This document shows, one piece after another, positions 25,934 through 38,826 of a stretch of 64,000 bases of DNA. Both the position numbers and the translations under genes were made by a program. Below the pieces are notes generated by a model, which saw nothing but the letters and a program-made list of their open reading frames with translations, was not told the DNA's origin and ran no database searches. The DNA lies in the NCBI GenBank assembly GCA_002633005.1, contig NMRA01000283.1, positions 218,363 to 282,362 on the forward strand, read 5' to 3'. Positions within the stretch are counted from its first letter, which is position 1. Every line of letters starts with the position of its first letter. The DNA comes from Phoronis australis (lineage: Eukaryota > Animalia > Phoronida).

Positions 25934-28812
25934 TAAGTACGGTTTGAGATAACTTTAAGAGGAGGTGAGATCGCAGAAACAATTTTGGAATTTCGCTTTA
26001 GGTGGAGTAACCTTGCTCTTACATCCGTGCCTAAATTCAATTTGCGTTCACATGCGTCAGACGTATATTTGCACGTAGTAATTTTAAATTCACTTACACC
26101 ACCTCTGGAGGTGGTGTGAGTATACACTTGAGCGTAGCTTTATGTTCCGGTGCATTTGCGCTTACATGGCAAAAACACGCCGTACGTAATTATGCATTCA
26201 GGTGTAAATATTCACTCGGGTGTAAACACCATCATGTAAACGGGGCACACCGTGTTTGAAAAGTCGCCTGATAGGTGTCGCCTAAGGGCTGAGCATATAC
26301 TACAAACTGACACCAGCGGAGAACAAGGACGCAGTGCGATTGTAACCGTGTTACAGTAACCCAATGGATTTTATCATGCAATTAGAAGCAAACCGCAATG
26401 ACTGTGGTGAGGGGGCCAAACCTCGTTGACAGGGCCAACTTTCGTTGATGAGGTTACACTACATAACATCTATGACTAATCACGAGCCAGAATAGATTGG
26501 AGTCGTCTGCTTCCTACGTAAGCACTAGTCTATTACAACTTCGCGGCGAAGTTGATTGCTTGATTTTGGAAAGAAAAATACAAATTTCGCAATTTTTGGT
26601 TATCTTTTGTAATCTCATTTTTTCCGGTGGCCATACGAAGGCAAAATGCCATGGCTCCGTTGCATTTCTTTATCCATGAGAAACTGCATCATGTGTGCTT
26701 TCTGGAAGTTGTGCATTATTGTCAGGTGTCCCGAGATAAAGGGTAGCAAGGGTTTGTGATTTTCACCAGTTAAGCCACTCGATCTGTGTGCTTAGCCCGA
26801 AGCGAAGCTATTGACGACTACACGGTGGAATTCTTGTTTCCACAAAACGCAACCAGTTTTCCGGCGTCGCGGTCTTGTCTTTGACTTGGTTGTTCGAATC
26901 AACAATCTGTGTTTTCCTCAATAACATGTACGCGATAAATAGTAAACATGGCCAAGGTTATAGCATCGCATTCAGTAGAACGTAAGCGAGAAGCAACGAA
27001 CACGTGAGCTCGACTTGACAGTGTACGTAAATATCACAGTGGAGAAAACATACCCAGTATCCACCACAGACGATTGTACTAAGTGCCTTTGTAGGAATGC
27101 GGAGCTACGTGCGTCTCTTGGTAAAACATGTCAGCTCTCTTACGATTACGCGTTGATAGGACTGACTTATCCTCCACTTCTCTTACAAGTTACTGTTTGC
27201 TCACAATTCCTCTGTCAACAGTATGTAATTGAGCTTCATTTAATAAACTGAGCCCTTCTATGAATAAGTATGCTGTGTCTCGGGTGTGACCGAAGTCTCG
27301 TCAGATCTCATCTAACAACCTCTTGTTTCTAGTAAATCTGAGCACCATGCGGATAATAGTAGGCCTACACTCCCAACCATCTCTTACGGACTTAAGTGGT
27401 TACGTGGTGATGTTATAGCAACATGCCAACCAGGGTACCCAAGAAACAAACGATGTCAAAAACCTTTCAACACTTTGGTAAATATCCGGTCTACTAATAC
27501 ACCATTCACCAAGTAAAACTAGTGTCAAAAGGCTATAGCAATTTTGACGAGGTTGACCGACCCGTCCAACGTCGGAGAGTTTCAACCTAGTTGCAGGTGA
27601 CAGTTCAATTGTTTTTCTGTTTAGTAACCAGCAGCCACCATGTAAAGGGGAAATTGTGAGAGTAACTTTCGTAATTCCAAACTTTAAATAGTTAAAGAGA
27701 ATGTTACCGCTGCGGTCGCAACCAAACGCTCCGCTGGCGGACTTAAATCCCACTCGAAGCGTACTCATAACTAGTAAAGTCACTAGCCTTGGTTTTGCAG
27801 AAAGTCTGACAGACAGCGGCGACTCTGACGGTCTGCAATAACATCACAAACCACAACGGCCTTTGGTCTAAGCTACTAACAGGCTGTAAAATAGACAATG
27901 TCCTTTTAAAACCGTGTGCTTTCAGGCATAAAGACTTAAAAGATACACACTAGAGTATCCAGGATGCATTACTGAACGTATACACATGTTAATTGTATTT
28001 GTGTGTTCAATTTCTTGTAAGTAAGTGGCTGAAACAAAAGGTACAATGTTTTTAGTAGTTTAGTTGACGGTTTCTGAGGGATCTGCAACTGTATGACGTG
28101 AGCGGCTGACGGCGGGAGAGGGCAAAACTACACTGTATGAGGCAATCAGAAGTTTGCACCTCCCCCGTTGCAATAGTTAGTTGCGGGCATAATAGGCCTG
28201 CAGCGCGAAGTTGTTGTATCCTGGAGAGAGTTGATAGGGCACAGCGTTTCCCCATGGCCGATGCCACTTCTTTCTCATGTTAGCGAATACAGTTGCGTTT
28301 TTTTGAGTCTACCTTCAATGAGTTATGACTCTTTTCATTTCGGATGAAATCAGCAGGTGAGTCTTCAGACTGTTAGTACATGTATATCTAATTAAATAAA
28401 AACATTGCAAGCACTGGTCCAGAACAATGGGTATTGTTTATGAGGTCAGACGATGCCTCTGCCTAGATTCATATACGTAAATAACAAAGTGTCGTTTACT
28501 ACCTTATATTGATTACGATAACAATTAGAGAAAAACGATACGTTTGTTGTTCACAGTGCGGAGCATAGTAATGTATACATACGACAAGGGAATGGTCGAC
28601 ATGGTTGAAGAGAATGCTGCGTAACATCTGTTATTAAACAAATGATGTGTTTTCTTCGATGACCATGTGTTCGTAGTTGCCAACAGTGATTCTCTTGTGC
28701 ATGCAGCTTCTATCGTGGGCTAGCTTGCCAAACGCGACTCTTTTCCGCAAGCGGTTCTTACATTGACTAGCTTGTGCACGCGGCTCCTAACATTGACTCG
28801 CTTGTCCACGCG

Positions 28813-28958
28813 CAGGGACGGATGCAGGATTTTGAGTTGGGGGGCAAGGCAAAGAATTAGCAGGATATTGCCCGTCAGACATTCGCCCCCCCCCCATACT
28901 GCTAAATGTAATCTGGAAGAATTTTAAGGGGGCCATGGCCGCCTTAAATCCGCCATTG
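28813..28958. mobile_element. Short MITE (CAG..GGA / TCCGCCA.TG ends), 5-bp TSD
   Basis: Flanks ACGCG / ACGGG. Homologous to 31182-31335 (shared ATTAG.CAGGAT.TTGCCCGTCAGAC). Confidence 0.7.
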
Positions 28959-29171
28959 ACGGGGGTCTTACGTGGACTAGCTTGTGCACGCGACTCCTAA
29001 CATTGAGTTGCTTGTGCACGCGTGGCTGCTAAATGTGACTCGCTTGTACTGCATTGATTCACTTGTGTACGCTGCTCTAACACTGACTAGCTTGTGCACG
29101 CGGCACCTAGCGTTGATTCGCTCGTGCACGCGGGTCTTACATTGAATAGCTTGTGCACGCGGCTCCTAACA

Positions 29172-29738
29172 CTCGCTGGTTCCATGCGTGTTATCTACAC
29201 GAGTAGATAACACGCGCAGGTATCATTCAGTAGCACGCGCTTTATCAGTGGTTGATGTAACCTCGGCAGTCATTGGTTAGCTTAACAACAAAAAAAGAAA
29301 ATGGCGGACTAGCCTTGTCATACAAGTGGCGCGTAACAGCAACTATTTCGTTTCTGCAGTATTGTTTAATAGCCCCGCGCTTGAAGCACATACATGTACA
29401 ATCACACATCTGGCCGATTTAACCGGTGTGTTATTCATATTGCGTGAATACAGGACAGCAACGTAAATAAAGGTCAGCGACAGTACAAAAATGCACTCCG
29501 AAAAGGCGCAACCACAATTTTCTGGGATTCACATTTCTTGAACATGAATTAAGCACCGGTTTGTCTGTACAACAAACCATAACACTTCCTCCATCAGACA
29601 GTCTGTTTGCGAAAAGCGCTAACTGTTGACAATGCGGCCAGCCAATCAGAAACGCCGGGGTAAAAAAATCCAGAAGGAAATTAAATGATAGCTGCGTGTG
29701 TTCTACCACCAATTAGCGACACGCAGGGAACCAGCGAG
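29172..29738. mobile_element. Non-autonomous TIR element with 9-bp TSD
   Basis: TIR CTCGCTGGTTCCATGCGTGT / ACACGCAGGGAACCAGCGAG (1 mismatch). TSD CTCCTAACA / CTCCTCACA. Second copy starts at 63722. Confidence 0.82.
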
Positions 29739-30483
29739 CTCCTCACATCGAGTTGGTTGTGCACGCACGGCTCCTAACATTGATTTGCTTGTTCCAGCGA
29801 CTACTCCACGTAGCTTTGACTACTAACTCCTAACATTACCGAGCTGGCTTGTGCACGCTGCTTCTACGCTTGTGCTTCGCGGCTACAGCTGCTCGTTGCC
29901 TAGCTTCCGAACGCTGTAAAAATTAACGTAGGCGTCTCCATACTTTGAAATTCCACGTGAACACCCATTAATGTGTGCGCATCTGTTGTAGGAAGATAAA
30001 TAGCCTGCTCTTATATCTCTGACATGTTTGCGCAGAATAACTTATTAATTTCATCAAAAAACTGTATACATCTATTCTTGATTACATCATTTTTGGCCGT
30101 TGTACGATTAGAAAAAGGACATTGCCGCACAAATAAAGATGTTCATGCTAACTCAACGTTTTGTCTACTCATAAGACAACATCGGGATATGTACAGTAGG
30201 ACAACAAGCGTCGATTACCATTCAAGTCACATTCATGTGGTGAAATGAGAGTGAGAGGTGCAGGGTCCTGAATGACCAATCACTCCTTGATGTACAGTAC
30301 AGGAATTGCAGTACAGGAAATACTGTGGACCAACATGCTACTGATTTTCTCAATAACATGCAGAGCTCAGTGACCCTACAACTATGGTGATGACGTACTT
30401 ACTATTCCCTGCATCTCTCACCCACATTTCACCATATGTATGTGACCTTAATGGTAATCGACACGTGTTGTCCTACTGTACAT

Positions 30484-30521
30484 ATCCTGATGATGTCTTA
30501 TGAGTGGACGAAACGTTGAAT
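30484..30521 (+). ncRNA. Minimal type I hammerhead ribozyme motif (Penelope-like element remnant)
   Basis: CTGATGA - GTC..GAC stem II - GAAAC GTT. Homologous to 31744-31782. Confidence 0.6.
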
Positions 30522-31181
30522 TAACATGAACTTTTTTATTTGTGCGGCGATTGTCCGTTTTCTAATCTATTCTTGATGTCGCATTCAGGGGCCGCGTAGC
30601 AGCTTCACTGCCTTGTTCACAATAGTACTGTAAAACATGTACCAGGTATTCTGAAAACTACGGGCCCCAGTATGAAACTGAATTTCATTCATCGCACCAG
30701 AATCATTTCAGATTACTATTTAGAAAAACTAATGGTCTCTGCATACAGCTGCATGTCTATGTGTACGGACCTGACTTACTCCAAAAGGCATGTTATATTC
30801 CACGTACACGTAAGACCAAGATTAACAACCTGGTAAAAGTAATATTCGTGTTATACTTTCAGTTGGACTATTTGCGATGCGTGACTAAAAAATTGAAAGT
30901 CTGCTAAATATAGAAACAGCCATTGTTATGTTTTGCCATCATAACTTCACGGATAATGTCACAAACACTACGTTTCAGGCCTCGGGCAATCTGCACATCA
31001 AAACACTGACACTTGAACTCACGTTTTTATAGTATTATCAACATACGGGCGTCACACGTTGGTTACCATTCAATCGTCATTTTGACCACTTAAATAATTT
31101 ACAAGTGCTCTAGGCCTGGTGATTTGAAAACCTAGGTTTACACAGTTTGCTAAGCCCATACCAACCATACCACATATTATA

Positions 31182-31335
31182 CAGGGGCGGACCCAGGATT
31201 TTTATCTAGGGGGACAGGGCAGAGTATTAGCCAGGATTTTGCCCGTCAGACGGCACACCCCCGAACTGCCAAATAGAATCTGAGAGAGTTTTGGGGGGCC
31301 ATGGTCCCCTTGGCCCCCCTCTAAATCCGCCAGTG
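31182..31335. mobile_element. Short MITE with 5-bp TSD
   Basis: TTATA|CAGGGGCGGA ... TCCGCCAGTG|TTATA. Confidence 0.8.
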
Positions 31336-31666
31336 TTATACAAGACAGACGACCTGTCCCGCAGGATAGGAATTTTCATCAAAGTAACTGTGTGTACTGA
31401 CAGCATGTAACACTGCTCAACAGGGTCCACCGTTCAATACTAATAATGAATGCTAATCGACGTGCTACGAGTACACACGTACGTAGAGCATTCAAGCATC
31501 AAAAATGCATGATCTCGCTGCGAAACATTTCACGTTGTTCTTTTTACTTCTACTCAGTTAAGTGGTGTTAACTGGCAAAGTGGCTAAAGTTGAAAGCAAA
31601 CAATCTGAAGTTTATTTGTACTAATTAAATCAGTTTTTGGCCACAGTAATAAAAAATTTCATTTTC

Positions 31667-31706
31667 AATCAACGTTTCGTCTATCCATTAGTCATTTATC
31701 AGGATC
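31667..31706 (-). ncRNA. Hammerhead ribozyme motif, mutated core (CUGAUAA)
   Basis: Reverse complement reads GATC CTGATAA ... GAC GAAAC GTT GATT; inverted partner of 31744-31782. Confidence 0.5.
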
Positions 31707-31743
31707 ACATTTACAACTTGCTGTCCTAAAATGTTGCAGATAT

Positions 31744-31782
31744 GATCCTGATGATGTATAATGAATAGACGAAACGTTGATT
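31744..31782 (+). ncRNA. Minimal type I hammerhead ribozyme motif
   Basis: GATC (stem I) CTGATGA ... GAAAC GTT GATT (stem I'). Confidence 0.6.
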
Positions 31783-32028
31783 GAACATGAAGTTTTTTAT
31801 TTGTGCGGTGATTATCCGGTTTACATTTTTATTTTTAATAACTTGAGTGAAATATGAGGCATTCGTGTCACACTACTAGAGAACCGTCGCCAACTCTGTT
31901 GTACTTTCGCTGAAATCATTTTTTTCACATGACCCGAGTTTACACCAAGCGCGAGCACATACAATAGAGTTGTTTCAATGATGACACATAAATTCTTCAA
32001 CACATTTCACGTCTAGACCCCAACTTAC

Positions 32029-32435
32029 CTGTCAACTGCTATTGCAGTTAATGTAAATATGCTGTTGATGACTGTCACTGCTTTAATGTAGTCGGCAATT
32101 TTGCACAATGGTTCTCCGAGATTCCAGCTGTAGTAGATGTGGCCAATGATAGAGAACGGCATGTTACACAAAGCGATTAACAAATCACTGACGCCGAGTG
32201 ATGCCAAGAACAGGTTCGTCACGGTGCGTAACTTGGGACTTGCCAATATAACAACGACGAGTATCAAATTCATCAAGAGGGCGATGAACATGATAAGTCC
32301 GTAGAGGAAATATAAGACTATCCTCGTGGACACCTCAAATGGACCAGGAATTATCATATTGGTTAAATTTTCTTCACGAAGTAGTTGCTCTATCTCATCC
32401 CACGTTGTAAGAGAACTAATGTTGCCCGAATCCAT
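32029..32435 (-). CDS. First coding exon of a rhodopsin-family (class A) neuropeptide-type GPCR, N-terminus to TM3
   Basis: N-glycosylation sequons NIS and NLT; TM1 MNLILV; LRTVTNLFLASLGVSD; ECL1 WNLGEPLCK; TLTAIAVDR ending at a GTAAG donor (phase 2, inside the DRY Arg codon). First ATG at 32435. Confidence 0.92.
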
Positions 32436-33369
32436 GTTTCTCACTGAATATGTATCAACTACAGTTGAGCATGCAGTACGTTAGTCTTGACCTGCATCAC
32501 ATTCCACCTAACTCGTCTGTTACCAACACCTGCTTTAACAGCGATCGGATTTTCAAACGTATAAATACGCGAAGACCCTGCCACAAGAGGGCGATTTGTC
32601 GTCTTAAAATTCAAAGGTTGTAGTCACGTGAGTATCGTTGATTGCGTTAGCGACATGCTGCTAAATAATATAAATCCCCAGATAACTACTGCGATGTCAA
32701 AAGCTTTTATCGGAATTGATTCTTTAAGCCAAGATAAATCTTAGAGCCTCTTCAAAGGTTATTTAAAATGCACGTCATTACAGTCAGACAAAATAGATGC
32801 CGATTTACCTCAGTTGAATTAATCGTATCCTTACTCAACTTAGCTTTTCTTGCGTACTAGCAATATACATCAAAAGTACAGAAATACTATTCACGCTAAA
32901 TTTAAATTTTTGAGAAAATGTCCTTGACTGAAAATGAAGTCAATTTGTCCATTTCAATGACGTCACTGCTGACGTAATGGGAAATTAAAGTTGGCCAAAA
33001 CAGGGGAAATTGATAACGTAACTTGCGTGCGTAAACTAACGGTGTTGTACTATTAAGAAAACGCTCCCGACATAAACTTGCGTGGTGTTATAAAAGTTTC
33101 AATCACTGATGACCACAGTTCGCCAGTCAATTCAACTTATTCTTTTTTTAGAATTTATTATCATTTATAAAACAGTACAAAACAAACAAACAAATAAGTA
33201 CATCCATTCATTCACGCATGCACACATCAGGAAAGACCATTCTCGTATCTCGTTTAAAGTATATAACTTCTACGTGAACAACGAAAGTTTCCCATTTCGC
33301 AGAGAAGCTGTCATATACAATTTTTTGTATGCAATTAATTTTCAGCATTGTAGTTCTCATAAGTATATG

Positions 33370-36300
33370 TAATAAACCTGTGAAAAGTAGGTATATTTTT
33401 GTGACATCTCTCCTTATAAATGTACTCCTTGGCTATTAGAAGCAAAATGCTAAAAAGAAAATCATGCGTCTCGTAAAGTCCACGAATAACTCCATCGTAA
33501 GAGAGACTGTTGGGAAGCTAAATGCGACACTTTTGCATTAGCTGTCCGAATTCCTTCCAGAAATCTTGTACAATGCGACATTCCCAAAAAGTGTGACAGC
33601 GTCTCTGGAGCTTACTTACAAAAGGAACATAAATTAGAATCCCGAACACGAATTTTGACTAAAAAGGTATTTGTTGCAATAACCCTGTGTAGTCTTCTAA
33701 ATTGGAGCATCTAATGTTGGGATCCTTTGTAATTTCATAAGGCAATGCGTATATTTTCTTCCAGTCTAAACTATCTTCTAACTCTATTTCCCATTTACAC
33801 TCTGACTTAGAAGGTTTCTTAACGTCATTAAAGACTGAACAAATATGTCTACAACCCTTCAAATCTTTCCGTAAGTGAGTGATTGCTAAAGGCATGCAAG
33901 GAGCGTAGACATTGACACTTTTAAATTTACTTTGAAATAGATTTTTTTAAACCTTCTTAGAACGGAAACAACACCATTACATTCTACAAAGTTGGTTTTT
34001 ACATCAAACTAGTTTTTCATATGGTTCAAACTAATGAAATCACCGTCAGAGGTATACATATCTCTAATAAATCTTAAGCCTTTTACAAACGAAGGCTTAT
34101 AAAAAAACACTTGTGCCTCCAATTGCCAAGTTACTATAAAACCACAAAGGTTGATTCAAAAAGTCCTCCTTACTTGCAACAATTATTTTCTTGTAGAAAG
34201 ATGTCATACTTCCAAATACTTCGCGCCAGTAAGAATTACCAGTTAGAGCTAACTTCGACTTAATAAAGTAATTCACCACTTTTAGGGCTTTCAAGATATC
34301 TACGGGCCATAGCGAGTTTTAAAGCTTTGCTGAAAGTATGCATATTAATCATTTGAAGATCCCCTTGATCAAGTCCTAAACAGGACGTGGTTCGTTCAAT
34401 TTTATCATGACGAGTCTGCCACACAAATCTAAAAAATGTCGTATTCAATTCATCCAAGACTTACTGGTGGATTTGGTAAACTTGACAACGAAAAATTAAG
34501 TTTAGAAATAGCTAATGTTTTAATAACCGTTACTCTACCAAACGGCGTTAAATTTCGTCGACTCCAACTTTTCAATAAAAGCTTAATCTCAGTTATTCTT
34601 GCAGTGAAGTTCTTATGCGTCATACTATCCAATTGAGTGTCAAAATGCACTCCCAAAAATCTAAAAGATTTTTTTTTGTCCAAGACAGGCTTTCTTTTGT
34701 AGGAATCACGTCATCACTACCAGTTTTACTTCCAAGCCATATGGCTTTTGTTTTATCCACATTCACTTGGAGACCGGAGACACTAGCAAACAAATGAAGT
34801 ACGTTCAATGTGGTAGTCAATGACAAATTCGGCCCATCCAACGTAACTGATGTGTCGTCCGCATATTGTGAAATCAAATATTCCTTATTTCCTGCAACTC
34901 AACTACACCAGCAATATTTTTATTATTCTTTATTAAATACGCCAAAATCTCCGCGCACAATATGAAAATGTAGGGAGACAAAGGGTCACCTTGTCTGTAG
35001 CCACGCGAAATATTGAACCAGGAAGATGGGTAACCATTTACCACAACACATGACTTAATATTACTGTAAAAGACTTTCACCCACCTTCTCATAGACCAAC
35101 CAAAATTAAGGAAAGATAAAGTTTTTTACTGTAAAAGACTTCCACCCACCTTCTCATAGACCAACCAAAACTAAGGAAAGATAAAGTTTTTTTGCATAAA
35201 ATTCCACGACAATGAATCAAATGCTTTCTCAAAATCAATCAGTAAAAGCAATCCAGGTTTGTTAGCTGCCTGGGCATAAAACATTAAATCATATAGCAGG
35301 CGGATATTTTCGTTCATATTTCTTCCTGAAACGAAACCTGCCTGGTCCTTACTGATTAGTTTTCCCAAAACGGGTTTCAACCGTTCAGCCACAGCCGAAG
35401 AAGCCAATTTATATGTCACATTGAGTAAGGATATAGGACTCCAGTTTTTCAAATAATGTTTACTTTTATCTGCTCCCTTAGGGATGCAGGTAACCACTCC
35501 CTCTTTCTGTGTTGATGATAAATGGCCAACTGCAGTGAGCGAACAACGAAATGTCCAATGTCAGCTCAAAAAATTTTTAAAAATTCCACTGAAAAACCGT
35601 CAGAGCCTGGGCTCTTCTTGTTTTTCATTTTTTCAAGCATTGTGCGACTTCTTCATATGTAAGAAGACCTAATTTTTCTTTTTCCGACTCATTCAGTTTG
35701 GAGACACCAACCTTATCAAGAAGAGTCTCTAAAGCAGTATTGTTAGAATGTCTATATTTGTATAGCTTTTCATAAAAAAAATTGGTTTCCTGAATAACCT
35801 CTTCTTCACTAATGGTTTTAGTATTGTCAGATTTCCACAAAAAGGCATAAACTTACTTGTGTAATGCCTATTATCCAAGTGAAGAAAATATTTGGAAGGT
35901 TTTTCACCCTCTGCAATCCATCTTGCTCTGGACCTAATCATAAGACCCCTTAACTTATTTTGCCTTAGCTCGGCAAGTCGATTATTTTTCCAGTAGTTCT
36001 CTATCAAGGCGTAGCCTTTTTCCCAAAAACTTATTTTTTCGATAAGTTGCTGTTCAGCTTTGTCACTTTTCTTTTTAAGTAAGTAGCAAAGGAAATTGTT
36101 TTGCCGCGAATCTCCATCAACAACGTTTTAAGAAAAAGGTGATCATTTATAGAAAATTGTAAATCTGAATTACTAACTGTCTGAATATCGTCCGTCATAT
36201 ACTGTTGTTTAACTAATTTAATAGTATCCTTGACTTCAGCAATATAATCGGTTTTTTAGGAGAGAGTTATTAAACTTCCAAAATGATTTCCTCCTCCTGG

Positions 36301-37016
36301 AACCATCACCTTTAAAAAAATCGTTACCATTGAATGATTGGACCGGTAACCGAATTCTATTATGGAGTCTTCAATATCGGCTAAAAGGCTTTCAGAAATT
36401 AGAAAAAAAACTAGTCTGGATCGTTTACTTCCAGCTCCTTAAGTGTATTCTTTATTATTGGGGTTTAGTTCCCGTCACACATCAGCAATAGACAATTCCG
36501 AACAAATCTCCACCAACTTAATGCGTGACTTTGGGTTAATAACCTTTCGATAATTAAGCGTGTCCTTAGACTGATCGAGAGCAAGATTAAAATCGCCTGC
36601 CCAAATAACAGAGTAATTGCCTATATCTTGAATGTCTTGTTTTATTCTTTCAAAAAAGACGGCGAGTCCCTATTTGGACAATACGTATTAATTAACGTTA
36701 TTCTTATCTCATTGATAGTAATATCCAAAATTAATTTATTTACATTGTAGTCTTGAAAAATGTTAGGTAATTTATACTCAAAAATGTTCTTAAAGAAGAT
36801 CGCCACTCCACGGGAGTCTGAGGTATTTGAACTGAAAAAACATTCATATCCCCACATTGATCTGACATTGTTTTCTTCTCTCTTTGTAAAGTGTGTGTCC
36901 TGCAGGCAATAAATGGAGTAATGTTTTTCTCCTAAATAATTGAGAACATCTTTTCGTTTTTCATGGAGACACAATCCTCTGCAGTTCAGTGAGGTTAATT
37001 TAAGTTCACCTGTCAT
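33370..37016 (-). pseudogene. Tx1/L1 ORF2 (APE endonuclease + reverse transcriptase), frameshifted
   Basis: [65 protein letters not shown] and QYADD across broken ORFs. The 3' boundary is approximate. Confidence 0.92.
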
Positions 37017-38009
37017 TATTATAACGGTTATGCACATATATCAAATGCCAATCAAACAATAGTGGCACAATCCTGAACCACATACACACAAAACAACACA
37101 AAAAATACAAACACATTCACAAGCACGTCATAGATTTCACAGAGTACAACATCGATGTAAAATATGATGTAACGCAGGACAGAAAACACATGGAAACTGA
37201 TCCTCATGCTAAAGCTTATTCTCCCAGTATTTTTCATAATTAGACTATAATAAAAAACATTTAGAAACATTGCCCATACGGTTCTCATACAAAAAACAAG
37301 TAGAACGAAAATAAAGGATAACTACATTTCAATAAAGAGACTGAATTTATGCGTCTGGGACTTGTCGAGAGACCAGCACTGAGCAAACAGATCACACACA
37401 CATAAATAATAGGGTTGCCTGCACTCTGTGCCTACGTGCAATGCAGAGCCCTCTCATAAATAGTCCCCCAGATAGATTGCCCAGCATGGAGCTATGACGC
37501 TTAGAACAAAATAGAACACAGTTAGAACACAGCTACAACAATACAACTACGCGACACGGTTGTCACCAACTTTGACATAACCTGAGCAGCAGGTGTATGT
37601 TAACTGTGAAGACGATATGTTGGACACAACGGCTAAAACTATGTTGGAACTTGAAGGAAAATAGGCTAGTTATATACACAGTAATGGCTACCGGAAGTAC
37701 GGGATGTACGTTTGTACTGGAGGTCTCTCAACAGGGTCCCAACTACCTGACAATTATGGTACGCTACACTTGTAGTTTGGCAATTGCACATGGAGTACAA
37801 AAGCAGGTAAAAGTTTACTGGGTATTGTGAAACATTGGAATTACCGTAAAACTCAACTTGAAGGAAAAAGGAACTTCAGCTGTCTTTCGTGCAGACTACA
37901 GTACGTAAGTGAGCAATCTTACCAATTGCTGAACACAAGACGTTGGAAACTATTACACTATTGTACTATATTCTGGCTTGCGTGTATAGTGTTGAGCTGA
38001 GAGAGAGAG

Positions 38010-38826
38010 TTAGATGCCCTGCAAATATTCCATGCTGCTCACCGGTTTAATTTCATTGGCCCGGTTCTGGTAATAAATTCTTCCATCATATGTCAAGCAA
38101 CTCTGAATCCTGGTACCTAGATCTCTATAATCCTTGTACAACTGTGCTCGTTTTTTGGTCAGATTCTCGTTTACGTAGATCTTGCCGGTTTCAGTTCTCA
38201 ATTTCTTTTTTATTTTTCATGAATTCGGCTCTTGCATTGTAATTCGTAAATTTAACTATAATTGACCTCGCCTTGGCGTTACTTTGGATTTTTTTACCTA
38301 GGCGATGGCTGCGACATACAAGTATGTCAGACTTCTCAACGGTAGCACCAATTCTTTTTGCTAGACCAACAACTATGTCGTCTGTGCACTCCTTGTCAGA
38401 TTCTATTATTCCGCTGATTACAACACAGTTTCGGCGGCTTTACTGCTCAAGCTCATCCAAATCAGATTCCAACCTGTGTATTTGAGAGCCACTTTCTTGC
38501 TTCAGCTTGTCCAGTTGATTTTCAAGTGTTGTTATTTTTTTGTCCTTTTCAGCCATCTTTTGATCGTATTGAAGCTCGAGTGCTTTATACATTTCAGACA
38601 AACCAGCGTCAATTAAGGGCTTTATCATGTTTGTAAACAGTGACTGGATATCTGGGTCTATGAGTGCCTCTTTCAGTTCATCTTTTAATGACCGAGTCTT
38701 CTTGGTGACATTTTGTCCCGCCTTCCCTGTCGATATGGCGTCCATTGTCGGTTGATTCAGGGTTATTTTTTGATGTTGAAGCTCGGAGTTCACTAGAGTT
38801 TCGGCTTGGTGTTCTTTTTCTTCCAC
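38010..38826 (-). pseudogene. Tx1/L1 ORF1 (coiled coil + RRM-type), disrupted
   Basis: Coiled coil ending LDELEQ*SRRNCVVISGI and C-terminal IYVNENLTKKRAQL..TYDGRIY. Confidence 0.85.

Larger units (their letters stand above)
28715..29890. repeat. Degenerate ~30-bp minisatellite interrupted by two insertions
   Basis: Repeated unit approximately CATTGACTAGCTTGTGCACGCGGCTCCTAA, more than 10 diverged copies. Confidence 0.85.

Noticed and set aside
28715-29890. CRISPR-like array
   Set aside because: Units are head-to-tail without unique spacers, they are degenerate, there are no cas genes, and the context is eukaryotic.
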